From: Eledone cirrhosa | Lineage: Eukaryota | Reading direction: 5' to 3' | Assembly: GCA_964016885.1 (NCBI GenBank) | Contig: OZ024743.1 | Span: 277,884,001-277,948,000 of the forward strand | DNA: 64,000 nt | In this document: piece by piece, positions 59,688 through 64,000 of the stretch | Position numbering within the stretch: the stretch's first letter is position 1 | Layout of the letters: the number at the start of each line of letters is the position of its first letter | Notes under the pieces: model-generated | What the model saw: only the letters and a program-made list of their open reading frames with translations | What the model was told of the DNA's origin: nothing | The model's database searches: none | Translations under genes and position numbers: made by a program

Positions 59688-61219
59688 CACCGTGTAACAA
59701 AATAATTTTTTTTTCTCTCTTCCTGGCTTGTAATCACTTTTTTGTGTTGCTTAGGTCCAAAATAAATTAAAAAAAGTGCTATTAAAGAGTTAAAAGTTTG
59801 GGTTTGTAAAAATTCTAAGCTATTCACTAGAATTATTTGTATGCTGGATTTTACGTTGTATGTAAGTTTAATTTGCTTTTGTTAAATGATTTTTTAAAAT
59901 ATATGTTTCAGGTTAAATTAAAATTATAAAATAAAGAGTAATACCTAAAGAAAATTATAAAAGTGCAATAAAGTATAAAATTGTTAAAAAGTGGATTAAA
60001 GAGATTTATTGATACTGGATTTTCGCACCCTGAATAAAGGGTAAGTTATGTTTGAAGGCTGTCCTCCTCCACAATGGAAACAAGTTCCCGACACTGCCCC
60101 TAGCTCATTCAGTCTGCCCGAAGGAAGATTACTACAGTGTGAAAGTCCTCTTGGAAGCTCTGCAATGCAACCAGTACAATTGGGAAATCATTAGAGACTT
60201 CAAGATGGTGGCTTTCCTGCTTGGACTCCAAGGAGGCTTTATCAAATTCCAATGCTTCCTCAGCCTTTGGGACAGCAGAGCCACTTTTAACCACTACAAA
60301 AGAAAGAACTGGGAGCAGCGAACAGAATTTGTAGTTGGGACCCGGAACGTTATGTGGGAGCCACTGGTTGATCCCTGGATTGTGCTCATGCCGCCACTGC
60401 ATATTAAGTTGGGGTTGATGAAGCAGTTTGTGAAGGCTCTCAACCAAGAATCAGCCGCTTTTAAGTAGCTTCTTGAGTTCTTCCCCAAGTTATCTGAGGC
60501 CAAAATCAAAGTTGGAATTTTTGATGGACCTCAGATAAAGAAGGTGTTTGAGTCTACCGAGTTCTCCAATAAGCTCAATAGGATTGAGAGAACAACATGG
60601 AACTGTTTCAAGGCAGTTGTTAAGGGCTTCCTGGGCAACTACAGAGCTGAAAACTACCAGCAACTGGTGCAGGATCTGATAAAGGCTTTTGGCGCCATGG
60701 GATGCAGGATGTCGCTTAAACTCCATATGCTGGACGCTCACCTGGAAAAATTCAAGGACAATATGGGCGCCTACTCAGGAGAACAAGGCGAATGATTCCA
60801 CCAAGATGTGAAAGAGATAGAGCGGAGGTACCAGGGCCACTACAATGAAAATATGATGGGGGACTATATCTGGGGGCTAGTGCGGGAATGCGACCTGGAC
60901 TACAACCGCAAATCCAGGAAATTCAGTCATTTCTGACGTGTATAAGTTGCTTTATAAGTGTTATTTGTTTTTACTTGTTTGCTTTTGATAATCTTGTGTA
61001 ATAAAATAAATATATACTCTGTTGATTTAATTATATGAACTGATAAATTTTTTAAAAATGTGTTTTTTCTTGAAAAATATGAACATTTCGAAGTATCAAA
61101 CTCCTGACCACAAACCCAAACTTCTGATTAAATAATAGTGTTTTTTAAAATAATAATGGGATATAACAAACCAGAAAATGACACTTAAAACCGGGGAACA
61201 AAAAATATGTTACACGGTG
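59688..61219 (+). mobile_element. Chapaev3-like (CMC superfamily) DNA transposon, internally deleted
   Basis: Termini CACCGTGTAACA...TGTTACACGGTG with 3-bp TAA TSD on both sides; transposase remnant inside. Confidence 0.88.
60052..60936 (+). pseudogene. Chapaev3-like transposase C-terminal half
   Basis: One frame with two stops (60466, 60793): LKAVLLHNGN...CFL.LWDSR...PPLHIKLGLMKQFVKAL...GIFDGPQI...MSLKLH.L..H...EQGE*FHQD...RRYQG...MMGDY.W. Confidence 0.9.
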
Positions 61220-61633
61220 TAATCAGTCAGTTTGATAATATGCAAATGTTTGGCGATGTGATTAAATAATAAATATATATTTATTCTAGAACACAACATA
61301 TATTTGAAACATTTAATGTTAGATATAACTATTATGTTTTTCAGTGTAAGAATGAATATTGGAAAGGCTTTGCATTTCACACTTCGAACTTTTCCTTTTC
61401 ACGGCAATTAGTAAGTATCGGAAAGAAGAGGTAAGATTATAATCTATGTTGTTGATTGTTCATCTTGCCATGAGAATAAAGCAATAAAAGGGTTACATGT
61501 ATACATACATGTATACATACATAAACACACACACACGCACGCACGCGCGCATATATATATATATACAGTTTTTTTTTTACGATGCTCTCGTATACTAAGC
61601 TGAAAATGAGTACCAACAATAGCTTGGAGATTC

Positions 61634-61757
61634 AACCCTGCTATGGACTGGTGTCCTGTCCAGTGGGGAGTTTTGTACTCTCAGTCGCTTCACGCCATGA
61701 AACCGGGATACCCGCCGGCCGAATGAGCCTTCTGGCTTAAGACAGACTTTAGACTTT
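61634..61757 (+). mobile_element. V-SINE-like 3' fragment
   Basis: AACCCTGCTATGGACTGGTGTCCTGTCCAGTGGGGAG...AGTCGCTTCACGCCATGAAACCGG...AGACTTT tail; resembles the V domain as recalled. Confidence 0.55.
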
Positions 61758-61864
61758 TTTTTTAGATATATACAATGTAACCCGGCATCGCCGTCTCGGT
61801 TATTCGCGGAAATTTCTGTAGAACCTAACTAATAATAGAACAGTTTGTTTTCTATGAATTAATC

Positions 61865-62262
61865 TATTTATAGAAACTTACAAGTATATATTACAGATGA
61901 ACTAGGAAAATAGAATAAAAAAGGAAAAACAAAAGAAAAGAAAGAATAGGGAAATATAGAAAAAAAGAGAGAAAGAAAGAAGAAAAAGAACGGGAAGGGG
62001 AGGGGATGGCAAGAGCTCTGGTGTCGCAGAAGAGAGGGGACGGGTGAAGGGGAGGGTGGTTTGGTTTTGGGCCCAGTACAAGAGGGCAGAAGTGCTGCGC
62101 CCCGATGACAAGACGACAAAAGCATTCCCCCACCGATGGCCAGTGACACCCGTTGCAACAGCCACCCAACCTCGCGGAGCTCCCTCCTCAGGTAGGCCGC
62201 CGATATTCCGATCTTGCGGAGGAGCTTGGCAGTACAGGGTCCAAGTACGCCTCGTGGAATCA
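61865..62262 (-). mobile_element. CRE-like non-LTR retrotransposon 3' end
   Basis: GVLGP....LL..IG...RE..WLLQRVSLAI then, after a frameshift, GNAFVVL; followed by a pyrimidine-rich 3'UTR. Confidence 0.65.
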
Positions 62263-62471
62263 TAAATATCTTCCGAATTTTTTATGGCTTTGTTCGTGGT
62301 AATATATATATTTTAACGTTAAATTATTAATAACAATTTACCGTATTTTCCCTTCCCTTTATTTTTATTATATTTTACGTTATATTTTGACGTTTATAGG
62401 CATTTTTATGGACACATCCAATATTGGAGGTTTTTCCCTCTTCGTGGGTGCTCTAGGAACTTAACCCCCGC

Positions 62472-62514
<43 letters not shown>

Positions 62515-62633
62515 TTCCAGTTTCAATCGGGGGTAACCATATTTAGTAAGGTAAACATTAGAAGAGAACAAACATCATGTTTGATATATGACTTCTACAG
62601 GACTAGAACTCTTTCATTCAAAAGAAGTAAGAT

Positions 62634-62688
62634 TTTCCTGATGATTTCTGTTGAATGAAATAGTTCTAGTCCTGTAGAACTGTAGGAA
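62634..62688 (+). ncRNA. type I hammerhead ribozyme with 9-bp stem III
   Basis: TTTC-CTGATGA-T-TTC(TGTT)GAA-T-GAA-ATAGTTCTA(GTCCTG)TAGAACTGT-A-GGAA; preceded by an inverted partial copy at 62593-62625. Confidence 0.78.
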
Positions 62689-62808
62689 CCATTTCGATAT
62701 TAAAGACGACACATACACACACACATAACGCGAAGAAATATCTATGATCCCTAGCAGACAACTGACGATGGATATTCCCCTCTTTCGCCCGTAACTTTTA
62801 TTTTTCAT

Positions 62809-62839
<31 letters not shown>

Positions 62840-62842
62840 ATA

Positions 62843-62945
62843 TAATTGTTTTTACTTTTGGCACAAGGCCAGCAATTATCCTAGTTCATTACTGGTACTT
62901 TATTTTATCGACCCCGTAAGGATGAATGGCAACGTTAACCTCGGA
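62843..62945 (-). mobile_element. SINE family A 3' half
   Basis: Homology to 2400-2500. Confidence 0.8.
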
Positions 62946-63294
62946 TAATATAATATATATATGTTGCTGTTGGTCCTGTCGTTGTTCATATTGTTTGTGG
63001 TGGTGTTAATTTCATTTTTGAATGCCCATAATTGTGCTTGTGCCTCTCCTCTCATCATTCAAGTTGCTAGGGAGCGTGTCTCGTCCATTTACTTTTAAAT
63101 GATAAAAATATAAATGTTCAAATATTTGGGCAAAAATATTATAACGTCTCCCCTTCACAGGGCAAAGACGGAAGTTTTACGACCCATTTCTAAAAATATA
63201 ACAATTAATACAAATGAAAAGAAACCCTGAAAAATTACTACTTCGCGGAAAAACAACAAAAAACACGTCTTCACTGTCTGTCGGCCAGTAATAA

Positions 63295-63670
63295 TGATTT
63301 CTACTATAGACAAAGAGCCCGCAATTTGGGGGAGGGGAAAGTCGATTAATTGGACCCAGTGCATTACTGATACTTTATTTTATCGACCCCTTAAGGATGA
63401 AAGTAATAGCTAACCACCGCGGGATTTGAACTCAGAGCGCAAAGAACCATAACTCTATGCCGCAAAGCATGTTGTCTGACGCTCTACTGATAATACTATC
63501 TTTACTATAGGCACAAGGCCATCAATTTGAAGGGTAGGGTAAAGTCGATTAAATCGACCCCAGTGCGTTACTGGTGCTTTATTTTATCGACCCGTAAGGA
63601 TGAAATGCGGAGCTAACCTCGGAGGGATTTGAAGTCATAAGGTAAAGGGTTGTAACTCTATGCTGCAACG
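63295..63670 (-). mobile_element. two tandem SINE family A copies (long variant)
   Basis: Two successive copies starting near TACTATAG(A/G)CA. Confidence 0.85.
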
Positions 63671-64000
63671 AATGCTGTTTCTCACATATAGACTAATCTA
63701 TTAGATCTTGAATTCAATCTTCTCGTCACAATTAGCGTTGACATAATATGTCATGGAAGAAGCTTCGTATTCCTCGTTATATGTCAAAAATATCAACCAA
63801 ATCTCTCTCAAATCACACTATTTAACTATGTTAAAATATAGAAAGACACCTTAGATATTGCAGCCAGTCCTCGATAAACCTCGCAAGATGTGACCGACAC
63901 CCCTTGAATAGCTTAGCTAAGTTAACTTTAATCTGAAATGGCGTTTAAATAGCTACAACTACGAATTATTTTAAGAGAAAAAACAAAACAATATATAATT

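Overview
Repeat-saturated, AT-rich eukaryotic window with no host protein-coding gene that I can support. The tRNA-derived SINE families and huge (TA)n/(TATG)n arrays look like those of octopus/cephalopod genomes (inference from memory, not a database hit). Contents: one full-length L1/Tx1-type LINE with an intact 1140-aa ORF2 and a 21-bp TSD (3882-9694); fragments of RTE, CR1, R4/Dong-like and CRE-like LINEs; three Penelope-like (PLE) fragments; a Chapaev3-like DNA transposon; a decayed Tc1/mariner transposase; MITEs; about 20 SINE copies; a ~72-bp minisatellite; and a 200-N gap with a probable false duplication. The main unannotated signal is about a dozen hammerhead-ribozyme (HHR) motifs from several unrelated families. 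Many sit in short non-coding units arranged as tandem plus inverted copies or long hairpins inside (TA)n tracts, i.e. candidate non-autonomous PLE-derived, retrozyme-like elements. All folds were paired by eye and none has been tested.
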